Positions 1 through 12,938 of a stretch of 63,424 nt of DNA are shown here, piece by piece. Position 1 is the first letter of the stretch, and every line of letters starts with the position of its first letter. Below the pieces are notes generated by a model that was not told where the DNA came from, did no database searches, and saw only the letters and a list, made by a program, of their open reading frames with translations. The stretch is from the NCBI RefSeq assembly GCF_001194135.2, contig NC_068993.1, positions 5,745,549 to 5,808,972 of the forward strand, read 5' to 3'. Position numbers and translations under genes: made by a program. The stretch is from Octopus bimaculoides. Taxonomy: Eukaryota.

Positions 1-240
1 GATGATGTTGATGACGTTAATGGTGATGATGATGATGATGATGATGAAGGTGATAATGATGATGATGGTGATGATGATGATGAAGATGATAATGATGATG
101 GTGATGATGATGTTAAGGATGTTGCTGCTGCTGATGGAGCTGAAAACATTGGTGATGTTGACGGTGGATGCGGTGCTGGTAATGATGACGGAGGCACAGT
201 CTGTGGTGGAGGTGGTGGATATGATGATAATAATGATGAC

Positions 241-271
<31 letters not shown>

Positions 272-470
272 TTGATGGTTGTGGTGTTTATGGCGGTGTT
301 GATGGAGATGGAGGTGTTATCGAGGTGATGCAGTAGCAATGATGGGACTGGTGATGGCGGTGATGACAATGGCGATAATACAGGTGCAGGGGTACAGAAT
401 AGCAATGGCTATACTACCTTACAACAACAACAACAACAACAGCAGCAGCAGCAAGAACGATAAGAACAAC
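1..470 (+). repeat. Compound triplet repeats (GAT)n, (GGT)n, (CAA)n, (CAG)n
   Basis: Read directly from the sequence. Confidence 0.95.
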
Positions 471-1785
471 GAGTATCAGGGCGATGACGATAACATCATC
501 GATGCGGATTAATGACGTCAGCAAATCGCTCCATTAAAATAATGGAATCAATCATTGCTGTCGTCCATCAACCGAATATTTGAAAGCCTGAATCAACTGT
601 AACATGGATAGATTTGCTGAAGTGGAGGCTTTTATTCTTGTTATCATGTTATCGTGTTATCTTATATGTTCAGCTTATCAGGGTCTGTCTGTCGGTCTGT
701 CTGTCTGTCTATGTTTATGTATGTATGTATGTATGTATGTATGTATGTATGTATCTATCTATCTATCTCTATATATTTGTGTGTGTGTGTGCATGTGTGT
801 GTATACGTTTATATATATATATGTATATATATGTATATATGTATATATATGTATGTATATNNNNNNNNNNNNNNNNNNNNNNNNNNNNNNNNNNNNNNNN
901 NNNNNNNNNNNNNNNNNNNNNNNNNNNNNNNNNNNNNNNNNNNNNNNNNNNNNNNNNNNNNNNNNNNNNNNNNNNNNNNNNNNNNNNNNNNNNNNNNNNN
1001 NNNNNNNNNNNNNNNNNNNNNNNNNNNNNNNNNNNNNNNNNNNNNNNNNNNNNNNNNNNNNNNNNNNNNNNNNNNNNNNNNNNNNNNNNNNNNNNNNNNN
1101 NNNNNNNNNNNNNNNNNNNNNNNNNNNNNNNNNNNNNNNNNNNNNNNNNNNNNNNNNNNNNNNNNNNNNNNNNNNNNNNNNNNNNNNNNNNNNNNNNNNN
1201 NNNNNNNNNNNNNNNNNNNNNNNNNNNNNNNNNNNNNNNNNNNNNNNNNNNNNNNNNNNNNNNNNNNNNNNNNNNNNNNNNNNNNNNNNNNNNNNNNNNN
1301 NNNNNNNNNNNNNNNNNNNNNNNNNNNNNNNNNNNNNNNNNNNNNNNNNNNNNNNNNNNNNNNNNNNNNNNNNNNNNNNNNNNNNNNNNNNNNNNNNNNN
1401 NNNNNNNNNNNNNNNNNNNNNNNNNNNNNNNNNNNNNNNNNNNNNNNNNNNNNNNNNNNNNNNNNNNNNNNNNNNNNNNNNNNNNNNNNNNNNNNNNNNN
1501 NNNNNNNNNNNNNNNNNNNNNNNNNNNNNNNNNNNNNNNNNNNNNNNNNNNNNNNNNNNNNNNNNNNNNNNNNNNNNNNNNNNNNNNNNNNNNNNNNNNN
1601 NNNNNNNNNNNNNNNNNNNNNNNNNNNNNNNNNNNNNNNNNNNNNNNNNNNNNNNNNNNNNNNNNNNNNNNNNNNNNNNNNNNNNNNNNNNNNNNNNNNN
1701 NNNNNNNNNNNNNNNNNNNNNNNNNNNNNNNNNNNNNNNNNNNNNNNNNNNNNNNNNNNNNNNNNNNNNNNNNNNNNNNNNNNNN

Positions 1786-1831
<46 letters not shown>

Positions 1832-1872
1832 GTAGTTTTGTATGCATATCTCCCTATTTACTTACATATCTG

Positions 1873-1920
<48 letters not shown>

Positions 1921-3488
1921 ATAAAAAGTAATACACACATACATGTATATATGTGTGAGTGAGTGTGTGTATATGCGTATGATTGCACGTGTGCGTGTAT
2001 GTGTGTGTGTGAGTGTGTGTGTGTATGTGTGCAAGAATGCATCTATGTCTATTGTCAAGATACAACTGAACACATAGGTTTCTAACGTTGCGGATGTACA
2101 CCATCCGAAGCGTTGCTGTTTAGAAACGCCATGAAAATGTTTCATATACGTAAAAAAAATAAAATAAAAATGATTAAGAATCGAATATTTAAACTAATTA
2201 CAAAGGTATCATGCCATGAATCCTATACATTGAATTCGACGCGAAGCAAATAACGGCTTTTTCAATGTCCCTTCTTCAGCGAGTTTGAGTGTAATACGGT
2301 AAAGGTTTCTCACCTTCCTGTATTAGAACTCTAATGTACAGGTAAGATGAAGGTGTTATTTTCGTTGATTACAAAATTTCAAAACAATATTAGATATTAA
2401 ACTCAGCAGATTTCTTTTCTGATACAAAACCCAGCCAATAATGAACATTGTACAGAAGCTCACAAAAGAAAATTAAAAAAACAAAACAAAACAAAAGAAC
2501 AGAAATGAGTATTCGAATTGAAGTGTGTAAACATATGTCTGTGTTTGTATGTATACCTGTGTGTGCGTGTATGCCTCTCTGTGTGTGTATGTATATATAC
2601 ATGTATGTGTGTGTGCTGTAGTTATAGATGGGGAGGGAGGAACATGGCTGTCATTTTGCATATATATATATATATATANNNNNNNNNNNNNNNNNNNNNN
2701 NNNNNNNNNNNNNNNNNNNNNNNNNNNNNNNNNNNNNNNNNNNNNNNNNNNNNNNNNNNNNNNNNNNNNNNNNNNNNNNNNNNNNNNNNNNNNNNNNNNN
2801 NNNNNNNNNNNNNNNNNNNNNNNNNNNNNNNNNNNNNNNNNNNNNNNNNNNNNNNNNNNNNNNNNNNNNNNNNNNNNNNNNNNNNNNNNNNNNNNNNNNN
2901 NNNNNNNNNNNNNNNNNNNNNNNNNNNNNNNNNNNNNNNNNNNNNNNNNNNNNNNNNNNNNNNNNNNNNNNNNNNNNNNNNNNNNNNNNNNNNNNNNNNN
3001 NNNNNNNNNNNNNNNNNNNNNNNNNNNNNNNNNNNNNNNNNNNNNNNNNNNNNNNNNNNNNNNNNNNNNNNNNNNNNNNNNNNNNNNNNNNNNNNNNNNN
3101 NNNNNNNNNNNNNNNNNNNNNNNNNNNNNNNNNNNNNNNNNNNNNNNNNNNNNNNNNNNNNNNNNNNNNNNNNNNNNNNNNNNNNNNNNNNNNNNNNNNN
3201 NNNNNNNNNNNNNNNNNNNNNNNNNNNNNNNNNNNNNNNNNNNNNNNNNNNNNNNNNNNNNNNNNNNNNNNNNNNNNNNNNNNNNNNNNNNNNNNNNNNN
3301 NNNNNNNNNNNNNNNNNNNNNNNNNNNNNNNNNNNNNNNNNNNNNNNNNNNNNNNNNNNNNNNNNNNNNNNNNNNNNNNTTCCTAATATCTGTTTGAAAC
3401 CATTACCGTCACATTAAAATTAGTTTAACTACCAGCACCCATACCCTTCACCATTGGCATCACCATCTAAAACGCCATCGTCGGTATG

Positions 3489-3523
<35 letters not shown>

Positions 3524-3530
3524 ATTGTAT

Positions 3531-3585
3531 CCGGAACCATGTGGTTGGTAAGCAAGCCACTTACCACACAGCCACTCCTGCGCCT
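3531..3585 (-). mobile_element. SINE-B head
   Basis: AGGCGCAGGAGTGGCTGTGTGGTAAG...CCAACCACATGGTTCCGG. Confidence 0.85.
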
Positions 3586-3624
3586 GTATATTAATTGTTT
3601 CTATGTTACGTTGTATATAAATAG

Positions 3625-4275
3625 AATTATTCGTTTATATGTTCCTGCCCTAAGGCTGTGACCATGCTGGGGCACCGCCAGTGTAATCACCTTTTGACAG
3701 GCCAATTCTATGTGATTGGATTTGGGTGAAAGAGGGAGTTCGACACTGTTGCCCTCTTTTGTGTTTCCTGCCTTGATATTGGTTCATCTGGGATCTTGGA
3801 TAGGAGGTCAGATTGTTTCTTGAAAGCATCTCTATGGAGATCCTTCAGATGTTTAAGTAACTGTGGGCCCTCGAATCCCAAGCTATTGCAGCACATGGTC
3901 CTCACTTTAGATGGGATAATTAGGACTTTTGGAGCAGTGCAATGACGTCCAATTTGAGGTCTGGTATAACTATCAATTCCAAAGTTTGGTGCCAGCCCCT
4001 CCAGTATCTTCCACACATGTATCACTGCATACCTCTCCCGTCTTCGCTTCAAGGTGTAGAGCCGTAGCTCTTTCAGTCTCTCCCAGTAGCTTAGCTGTTC
4101 CATTGATGCAACCTTCCTCGTGTAGTATCGCTGAATCGCCTCAGGTTCTACTATTAATCCAACACTGTAAGCTGACCACAGTTGAGAGCAATAGTCCAGA
4201 CGGCTGAGAACAAACGTCCTTCATAGGCCCAGCATAGTTTCCTGGTCCCTTGACATTGAACTGAAGGACCACTAA
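3625..4275 (-). mobile_element. 5'-truncated, degenerate CR1/L2-group non-LTR retrotransposon (ORF2 C-terminus plus 3' tail)
   Basis: Minus-strand translations RTFVLSRLDYCSQLWS and LSYWERLKELRLYTLKRRRERYAVIHVWKILEGL...GPQL match the typical post-RT region of CR1/L2-type ORF2. Stops and frameshifts are present. The 3' tail is GGCGGTGCCCCAGCATGGTCACAGCC near 3680-3655. Confidence 0.85.
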
Positions 4276-4323
4276 ATACATTTTAGTAAAGTACATATTT
4301 TTTAATTTCTACAAGATAAAGAC

Positions 4324-4371
4324 GGACCGTGACTGCGTAGTTTCGGTTTATCAACCGTCATCAGACTGTTC
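4324..4371 (-). ncRNA. Type I hammerhead ribozyme motif (second family, one extra core nucleotide)
   Basis: Minus strand reads GAACAGT-CTGATGA-C-GGTT(GATA)AACC-GAAA-CT(ACGC)AG-TC-ACGGTCC. Core intact, helix II 4 bp, helix III 3 bp with a 4-nt loop, GUC cleavage site. Helix I has 5 of 7 pairs. Confidence 0.65.
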
Positions 4372-4569
4372 TTACTTGATCATGGATAGTAAGCGTAAAC
4401 TTTGACGTCACTGTCAATGTGTTCCACGTAAAAATTAGTAGTGCGTTTGACTATACTACGCCCTTCCCTTATTTGTTAGATATTATCAGGTTGCTATCTC
4501 TAGCAGAGCATGCAAAGGCATCGGGTTGTAATCGTTATCTTTTTCTTTCGGAGGTGTTTACCTCTTTCG

Positions 4570-4620
4570 TGTTGTTGTTGTTAAAGTTGCTGTTGATATT
4601 TCCGTTGCTGCTACGGCTAC

Positions 4621-4657
<37 letters not shown>

Positions 4658-4717
4658 ACAGCAACAGCAGCAACATCAGTAATAGTAGTAGTAGTAGCAA
4701 CAGCAGCAGCAGTTGTG

Positions 4718-4775
<58 letters not shown>

Positions 4776-5195
4776 CAGCAGGAGTGGTGGTAGTAGCAAT
4801 CATTGTTGTTGTTATTGTTTACTGGTATTGTTCCGCTTCCGCTTTCCAGATTCGTTTACTTGCTATGCTGTTCTTGTTCTTGTTGTTATTATTGTTGCTG
4901 CTGCTGTTGTTGTCAGAGTTTATGTTGCCGATGTTATTGCCGGCGCGGCTGTTGTTGTTGTTGTAATTATATCAATGTTTCCTTCTTCTTCTTCTTCTTC
5001 TTCTTCTTCTTCTTCTAAACTGTAAAAGCTTTGTTATGCTCTGTTTAAAGTAGCCTCGACAATAACAGTAAACGCTAATGTCACGTGGTCGTGCCAGAGT
5101 ATTTTCCGGACTTCATTTACACAAGATTTCTATATGAAGTCGTTAAAATTGAAATCACATCAGTGATTATTTGGCCAAAAGACAAAAGGGAGAGA

Positions 5196-5289
<94 letters not shown>

Positions 5290-5290
5290 A
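4570..5290 (+). repeat. Compound (TAG)n, (GTT)n, (CTT)n and (AG)n microsatellites
   Basis: Read directly from the sequence. Confidence 0.95.
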
Positions 5291-5743
5291 GCCACAGACC
5301 GCTTTACAATATAACTTCACAAATAACCAACGGATGAACAATCGACTGAGGAAACCGGCAATAACAAACATGTCTTTTATATTATTCACCTCAACCGCTG
5401 CCGCCATCTTTTTGTCCTATTTCTCTTTCTCTCCCTCCTCTTTCATTTTGGTAATGCTGTTCTTCTTGTTCTCCCTTTTCGTCTTTGCTTTTATATCATT
5501 ATTTCATCAATATTCTGTGCCCCCTCCTCACTCTCCCACCACCATCGCAACTGAAATCACCGCTGTCGCCACCACCGAAGTCGTCGCCACCACCGAAGTC
5601 GCCACCCATACTGAACTCTCTTTCTTATACTTCCGTCTTTTCCACCTCGTCCTACACCTTTCCCTTCAGTCCCTCCATCAGTATCATTTCTGCCTCTCTG
5701 TAATAAATATGCATACGTTATGCAAATGCATACATACATACAA

Positions 5744-5804
<61 letters not shown>

Positions 5805-5917
5805 CATATGCGCTATATTTCTATTCACGTATATATCTTTTGTTTATAAAGTTTCATTTGTCAACATAAGGAGCAAATAGCTTCTTTCCATAATAATAAT
5901 AATAATAATAATAATAA

Positions 5918-6465
5918 TAGTTTCAATGTGTTGAACTGGAATATGAGCGAAATAAGGAAGATTGACAGGAAAATCCGTAAGCTGCTGTCTTGCAATAAAA
6001 TGCACCGCTCAAAGGCAGACAGATCGTCTTTACCTACTCAGAGGTCAAGATGATCGAGGCTTGATCCAATTTGAGCTCTCTTACAAAACCACCACAATTG
6101 GACTGGCAGCATATCTTGAAACATCCAACGACTGGATGCTAAAGCTCTTTGAAAACCATGGAAAACGTAAGAAGTTTCATTCTGTTATGTTCTGTTATGT
6201 TTCAAGTGAGTTTATGCATAATGCCCAAGTTGAACAGCATGATGGAAGTACAGCAACTGTAATTACAAAGAAGGTTAAATCAATAGCAAAGTAAAATGCA
6301 CTTGAACAATTGGCTGATAGGTGGGAGCAAAAACCTCTGTATGGTAAATATGTGGCCCATAACAAACAAGCTGATATAGATGAGAAGTACACCCAACAGT
6401 GGCTACGGAGCTCAGAGTTAAAGGCAGAGAATGAAGGCTTTATCTTGGCTGCTCAGGATCAGAGC
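5918..6465 (+). mobile_element. Degenerate Dong/R4-clade non-LTR retrotransposon fragment (post-RT region)
   Basis: Frameshifted translation SFNVLNWNMSEIRKIDRKIRKLL...DRLYLLRGQDDRGLIQFELSYKTTTIGL...WEQKPLYGKY...QWLRSSELKAENEGFILAAQDQ matches the LY.PR..GGRGL and ETEG.I.AAQDQ motifs of R4/Dong elements. The 5' junction lies directly on (TAA)n at 5890-5917. Confidence 0.85.
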
Positions 6466-6506
6466 CCTGAAATCTATGCAATCTACCCCCCCCCCCNNNN
6501 NNNNNN

Positions 6507-6529
6507 CCATTCTACCAGCTCACCGCCTT
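6507..6529 (-). mobile_element. SINE-A 5' end next to a gap
   Basis: AAGGCGGTGAGCTGGTAGAATGG on the minus strand. Confidence 0.65.
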
Positions 6530-6665
6530 AATAATAATGGTGATGATGATATAACAACAACAACAACAACAACAACAACAATAATAATAATAATATATGA
6601 GAAGGGATATTAAGAGAGAATATATAAAGAATAAGTCAATTTACGTGTGTGTGAAAGAGTGAGGA

Positions 6666-6698
<33 letters not shown>

Positions 6699-6857
6699 AG
6701 GAGAAGAAAGACAGAGGAGTGTGTGAAAGAGGGAATGATAGACGGGAACACGAGAGAGGGAGGAAAGAATAGGTGAGAATGGGGTAGCAGAAGAAATTTG
6801 CGATTGTTAAAATGGTGGAAAGTAAAACCTTCAGTGAAAATCTGTAAAATACTTTGT

Positions 6858-6903
<46 letters not shown>

Positions 6904-7094
6904 GCGTGTGAATGCATGTATCTGTATATTTGCATTTGCACGTGTGCATCTATGTGTGTACATGTTTTGGATGCCTCTGTACATGTCTGTGTGAATGTAC
7001 ATGTGAAGGTGTGTTTGCATGCTAGCGTGTAAGTTTGCTTCGTGTATGTGGGTATTCGTGTGTTTGTAGATACGCATGTAAATATGAATATAAG

Positions 7095-7151
<57 letters not shown>

Positions 7152-7575
7152 NNNNNNNNNNGAGAAAGAGAGAGAGGGAGAGATAGAGAGAGATAGAGAG
7201 ATACTCATACTGTGACACAGAAAAACAGAGAGAGATAGAAATAAAGAGAGACAGAGTGAAATGGAGGAAGAGAAATGGTGCTGGTGAAAGGGTAAATTTA
7301 AGTGAAACATCCATATTGGATCGTGAGGTGATAAGAGGTATAGTAAGAGGATGGAAATCAATGGGAGATAACTCAATAGAGAGATAAATAGAGAAAGAGA
7401 GTGAGAGAAAGAGAAAGAGAGTGAGAGAAAGAGAAAGAGAGAATGATGAGGGGGGGGAGAAAGAGATATAGAGAGATGGAGTGACAAAGAGAGAGAGAGA
7501 GAGAAAGTAAAGGAGATGGAGAGACAGACAGGGAAGAAAAGACGGAGATATAGAGAGACGGAGTAAATGAGAAAA

Positions 7576-7630
<55 letters not shown>

Positions 7631-7812
7631 GATGATATTTTTTTAGTCTATCTCTAATTTTTATTCTTTATTGTTTATATTTCTTCCACAATGAGAAAAA
7701 TGGCATCGAATAATTTTTATTCTATTTACTTCTGTTAGTGCAGACGTACTAAACTCTCTTTGTATAGATAGTACATGCATATACCTGAATACATTCATAG
7801 AAACATGCATGC

Positions 7813-7843
<31 letters not shown>

Positions 7844-8096
7844 TGCACACACACACACACATATACATAATTGCACCCATATATACACATATACATAGAA
7901 GCTTAAATACATACATATAAAATACAAATGTACATATGTTACGTACAAACAAGTACGACGTTCATTTCATTTAGAATCAAGCAATTATAGAAGATACACA
8001 TATTCGTAAAAAGACACACACACACATACATATATATATATAAGTACATTAAAACACACAAGCATGCATACAGATATGCATACATCGGTACATCAT

Positions 8097-8136
<40 letters not shown>

Positions 8137-8462
8137 GTATATATATACGCAAAATCCGCATACATACTCCACAGTCACCCGAACCACCGCCATATTTGCA
8201 CTGCCTGAATACTCGTCACCATCATGGCACCACCACCACCGACGCCGCTACATTAAGAATACACAAAGTCTAATTACGGTAGCGTATTCCCAACACTAAT
8301 TTCAAAGTAATTCCATTAAGCGACAGAACGAGATTGTTTTCTCACTTTGACTTTATGCATACGCACGCAAACACACACACACACACACATACACACACAC
8401 AGAGTTGAGTATATCATCTGTTTATATATATAAACGTATACATATGTATGTGTATACTTATG

Positions 8463-8503
<41 letters not shown>

Positions 8504-9392
8504 NNNNNNNNNNNNNNNNNNNNNNNNNNNNNNNNNNNNNNNNNNNNNNNNNNNNNNNNNNNNNNNNNNNNNNNNNNNNNNNNNNNNNNNNNNNNNNNNN
8601 NNNNNNNNNNNNNNNNNNNNNNNNNNNNNNNNNNNNNNNNNNNNNNNNNNNNNNNNNNNNNNNNNNNNNNNNNNNNNNNNNNNNNNNNNNNNNNNNNNNN
8701 NNNNNNNNNNNNNNNNNNNNNNNNNNNNNNNNNNNNNNNNNNNNNNNNNNNNNNNNNNNNNNNNNNNNNNNNNNNNNNNNNNNNNNNNNNNNNNNNNNNN
8801 NNNNNNNNNNNNNNNNNNNNNNNNNNNNNNNNNNNNNNNNNNNNNNNNNNNNNNNNNNNNNNNNNNNNNNNNNNNNNNNNNNNNNNNNNNNNNNNNNNNN
8901 NNNNNNNNNNNNNNNNNNNNNNNNNNNNNNNNNNNNNNNNNNNNNNNNNNNNNNNNNNNNNNNNNNNNNNNNNNNNNNNNNNNNNNNNNNNNNNNNNNNN
9001 NNNNNNNNNNNNNNNNNNNNNNNNNNNNNNNNNNNNNNNNNNNNNNNNNNNNNNNNNNNNCCGCAAACACTGAATCAAACTTATGTCCCGGATAGCGGTA
9101 ATGTATAGACATATCTGTTTTGTATGATTTATTCGTGATGTTACATTTTCGCTCTAATTCACTTGTATGGGTATTATACTGAATTCCAAATTATGTATTG
9201 AACTCTTTGAGAGAAAAATATCTCGCTCTTAGCTGATATATCAACCTATCTAAATGCACATGGGTATCTAGCACGTACCCAGCCACCCACTCTCTATCTA
9301 TCTGCCGGAAAGTATTTCTGTCTGTCTATCTGTCAGTTTGCCTTTGTTTCTTTTTGTCTATCTTTCTGTCTGTCTGCCTGTCCATTCATCCG

Positions 9393-9431
<39 letters not shown>

Positions 9432-9462
9432 GCCTGTCCATTCANNNNNNNNNNTTCATCCG

Positions 9463-9504
<42 letters not shown>

Positions 9505-10979
9505 GATCCATCCATCCATCCATCCTTTTAAACATAAAAGACAGATTACGAGTGTTTCTAGATAGGCTATGCTATGCTTTGGAAATAAATTTTAAAAATC
9601 TTGATGGTCACGACAGGAGCGCTTTTGATTATAGCTCAACAGTGTTTTGACCGAGAGCAAAGCATCAAAATACCATATACCACAATATACTACGGCCTGT
9701 ACATTCGATATTAAAAACAACATAGCGACACAACACCGCGTCACAGAGCGAAATAAGACGCTACACCACCACTTCGGGGAGAGGGGGTAGACTCAAAGTG
9801 GTTGCTAGACTTGCTGAATCTAACAGCTAAACTGTCATCAAATCACTCTGTACAATCTTAAAAGAAGGACGCATTTGGTAGACATGTCGTCCTGCGATTC
9901 CTGCAGATGGGGAAACAACAGGATTGCCACGATTGGAAATCAATACCTTTTTTACTATGAGTGAGGGTCGATCAGGGATTAAATCAGAACAACAACAACA
10001 ACAACGACAATAATCACAACTACTGCTGCTGCTGCTGCTGCTGCTGCGTCTATAAAATATCTCAGTGTCAGTATCACAGGAGGTGGGGGCTAGTTTGAAA
10101 TATGTTGTGGAACAGAGATGCAAGCCCTAAGGAAAATGCCAAATGAACCTAACAACAACAATAACAACAGCAACAAAAACAACAACATCACAAACAAATC
10201 AAATACCACCACCACCACCACCACGATTACAGCCACAACAACAACAACAGCTCCTGCCACAGTCACTACCATCAATACTATCACATTCACCACCACCGCC
10301 ACCACCACCAACAGTAACAGCAACAACAACAACAATCACGAAATAATTTATGTCTTCCATCTTCCATAATTCTATGAATAATAAATAATTTGTTGCAAAG
10401 GCACGACTCCTTCCCTTCCCGCAACAAAAATAATTCTTTTTAGAAAAGAAGCTATTAAACTTCTTCCTTTCTTTCTTTCACTTTACTCCTTCCTTCCTTT
10501 TTTTCCCGCTCATTCTTCTCTCGTGCTATCCTACAATCACCTTTTCCCTCCCCCTTCTCGCTTATTCTCTCCTCTTTCTTTTTTCTCTTTTACCTTCTTC
10601 CTCTTCTTTTTACTCGTTCATTCTTCTTCCACCCACCCTCATTCTTCCTTCATTTCATTCCTTCCCTGTTTCCTTATTCTTCCAATTAATTATTCCTTTG
10701 CTTTAGCTTTTTCCTTTCAAATCTGCAATTTCTTCTTCTTTCAAGCTTTTCTCATTCATTCATTTTTATTCCCTGCCTTTCTTGTCTCCGTGTTTCCCAG
10801 TCAGTCTCTGCGCGTGCGTGTCTGTTTTCCTGTCTGTCTGTATGTCTTCCTGTCCGCCTCCCTGTCTCTCTGTGCGTGTGTTTTCCTGTCTGTCTGTGTG
10901 TCTTCTTGTCTTTCTATCTCTTTCCTCTTTCCTTCCAAATATTCCCCCCATCTCTCTATTCCTTTACCCTTTACTTTTT

Positions 10980-11211
10980 TTTTATTTGTTTCAGTTATTG
11001 GACTGCGGCCATGCTGGAGCACCACCTTGAAGGATTCAATCGACCAAATCCACACTGTTTCTGTCTATCAAATCCACTTAAAAGGCGGTGACCAGCCTGA
11101 GCCTATTGTAGAAGACACTTGCTCAAGGTGCCGCGTAGTGGGATTGAACCCGAAATCCCATAGTTGCAAAGCGATCTTCTTAATCACAGAGCCATGGCTG
11201 TGCCCATGCCT
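10980..11211 (-). mobile_element. SINE family B (tRNA head, CORE-like segment, LINE-like 3' tail), internally shortened
   Basis: B-box GGGTTCAATCCC, CORE-like GCACCTTGAGCAAGTGTCTT, and tail GGTGGTGCTCCAGCATGGCCGCAGTC...ACTGAAACAAATAAA. Confidence 0.85.
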
Positions 11212-11296
11212 GTAGCTTTCTTTTTTCCACTTTTAACCGCTTTTTCATCTATTTTCTTTGTCATTCATTCATTTTGTCTTCCTATGTGTGTGTGTG

Positions 11297-11348
11297 TGGT
11301 CTCTGATGAAGGGATGTCCGTAATATCCCTGAAACAGCTGTAAGACTA
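11297..11348 (+). ncRNA. Type I hammerhead ribozyme motif (minimal, Penelope-like-element type)
   Basis: TGGTCT-CTGATGA-AGGGATGT(CCGTA)ATATCCCT-GAAA-C-AGCT-GTA-AGACTA. Helix I 11297-11302 pairs with 11343-11348 (6 bp, one G-U). Core CUGAUGA 11303-11309. Helix II is 8 bp with one G-U and a 5-nt loop. GAAA 11331-11334. Palindrome ACAGCTGT 11334-11341. GUA cleavage triplet 11340-11342. Confidence 0.8.
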
Positions 11349-11405
11349 TTTCATTATAAATGTCCTGAAAACCCCTCACAGCCTTGGATTTATTATCTCA
11401 CTCTG

Positions 11406-11493
<88 letters not shown>

Positions 11494-11657
11494 CATTGCT
11501 CAATTTTATTTCAAGATTTCTTGCCTATAGAGAAAGAGCCGGTTTCTAACCTAAACCCAAGGCCACTTCAGTGGAATTTCAACGTCAACATGAGGGTATT
11601 TTTGTATGTATGTATGTATGTATGTATCTCCTTCTCTGTCTGGTGCATATATATATC

Positions 11658-11689
<32 letters not shown>

Positions 11690-12778
11690 GTCTTTACTTT
11701 TTTTCCTTTCTTTCACTTCTTCCTTCCTTATTCAACTTCCGCTTTATCTCTCGTCTCTCCAGATTTCATTCATATCTTTTCAACCACCCCTCTCCATTTT
11801 CCTTCTTATTTTCTTTCACACAACGATCTGTCATTCCTTCATACTTCTTCCATTCGTTCATTCACACTTTTATTTTCAATTTTGCTACAATATTTTCATT
11901 CTTTTATTCGCTCCATTCTCTCGTTCCCACTGTCCCTTAATTTGCTTCATTCTCTCATACTCTCACTTCATTTATTCCCTCGTTCCAACCACTCCCTCGT
12001 TTACTCCAGTCTTTTAGTTGCTTCGTTCTTTCATTCCCGCCATTATCTCATTCTCTCCATTCCTTAACTTCCTTCATTCTCTCATTCTCATCATTCTTTC
12101 ATTTCTTCCATTTTTCCTTCCCCTCTATTCTCTAATCCCTTCATTCTTTCATTCCCCCATTCTCTCATTTCCTCCATTCATTCATTCCTCATTCTATACA
12201 ATTTCTCTGTCTTTTTTTTTTTTTTTTGCTATCTCCATTATCATATTTTTCCGTTCTGCAGTATATTTTAATATTTTCTTTTATATTTGTTTCAGTTTGC
12301 TTTCTTTTTTTAGTTTTTATTTCAATCAAATTATTTATTTATTTATCCATTTTTTTCTGTGGAAATTCTTGATCATTTATTTCCGTCGTCTGCCAAAGAT
12401 ATTCAATAACAGTGACACGTATTGAGGTAACCCAGTTTATCTACGTCAATCTCAATTCGAAACTACCTTCTCTTAGACTGCAGATTGTACCAACTGAATA
12501 ATAACGCTAAGGAAATGCAAAGTACAAACACTCCCCCCCACCACGCATACATACAAACACATACATACACACATGCATACATTCTATACACCGACATATT
12601 CCATCGTATGTGCACAAACATATGTATTCATTTATATATATATATACAATCATAGACACACAGAGTCACTCATACAAACTATTGCATTCTCGCATTCATG
12701 CAAACATTCATTTATTGATACATAATTACAAAGAAACAATGATGCATATATACATATATACATTCGTAAACAAATACA

Positions 12779-12810
<32 letters not shown>

Positions 12811-12900
12811 GGTGTGAGTGCGTATACGTATGACTCCTGTTCACTTTTCATTCATTGAAATATTCATTGAATATATATATATATACACACATATATATGA

Positions 12901-12938
<38 letters not shown>

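Noticed and set aside
2-328. Poly-Met ORF
   Set aside because: Translation of (GAT)n; no splice or domain support.
513-520. CRE palindrome TGACGTCA
   Set aside because: An isolated 8-mer match is expected by chance in 63 kb, and there is no supporting context at this site.
2280-2341. Plus-strand segment with a good acceptor (CTTCTTCAG) and donor (CAG|GTAAGA)
   Set aside because: Stops in all three frames and no partner exon; cannot be supported as coding.
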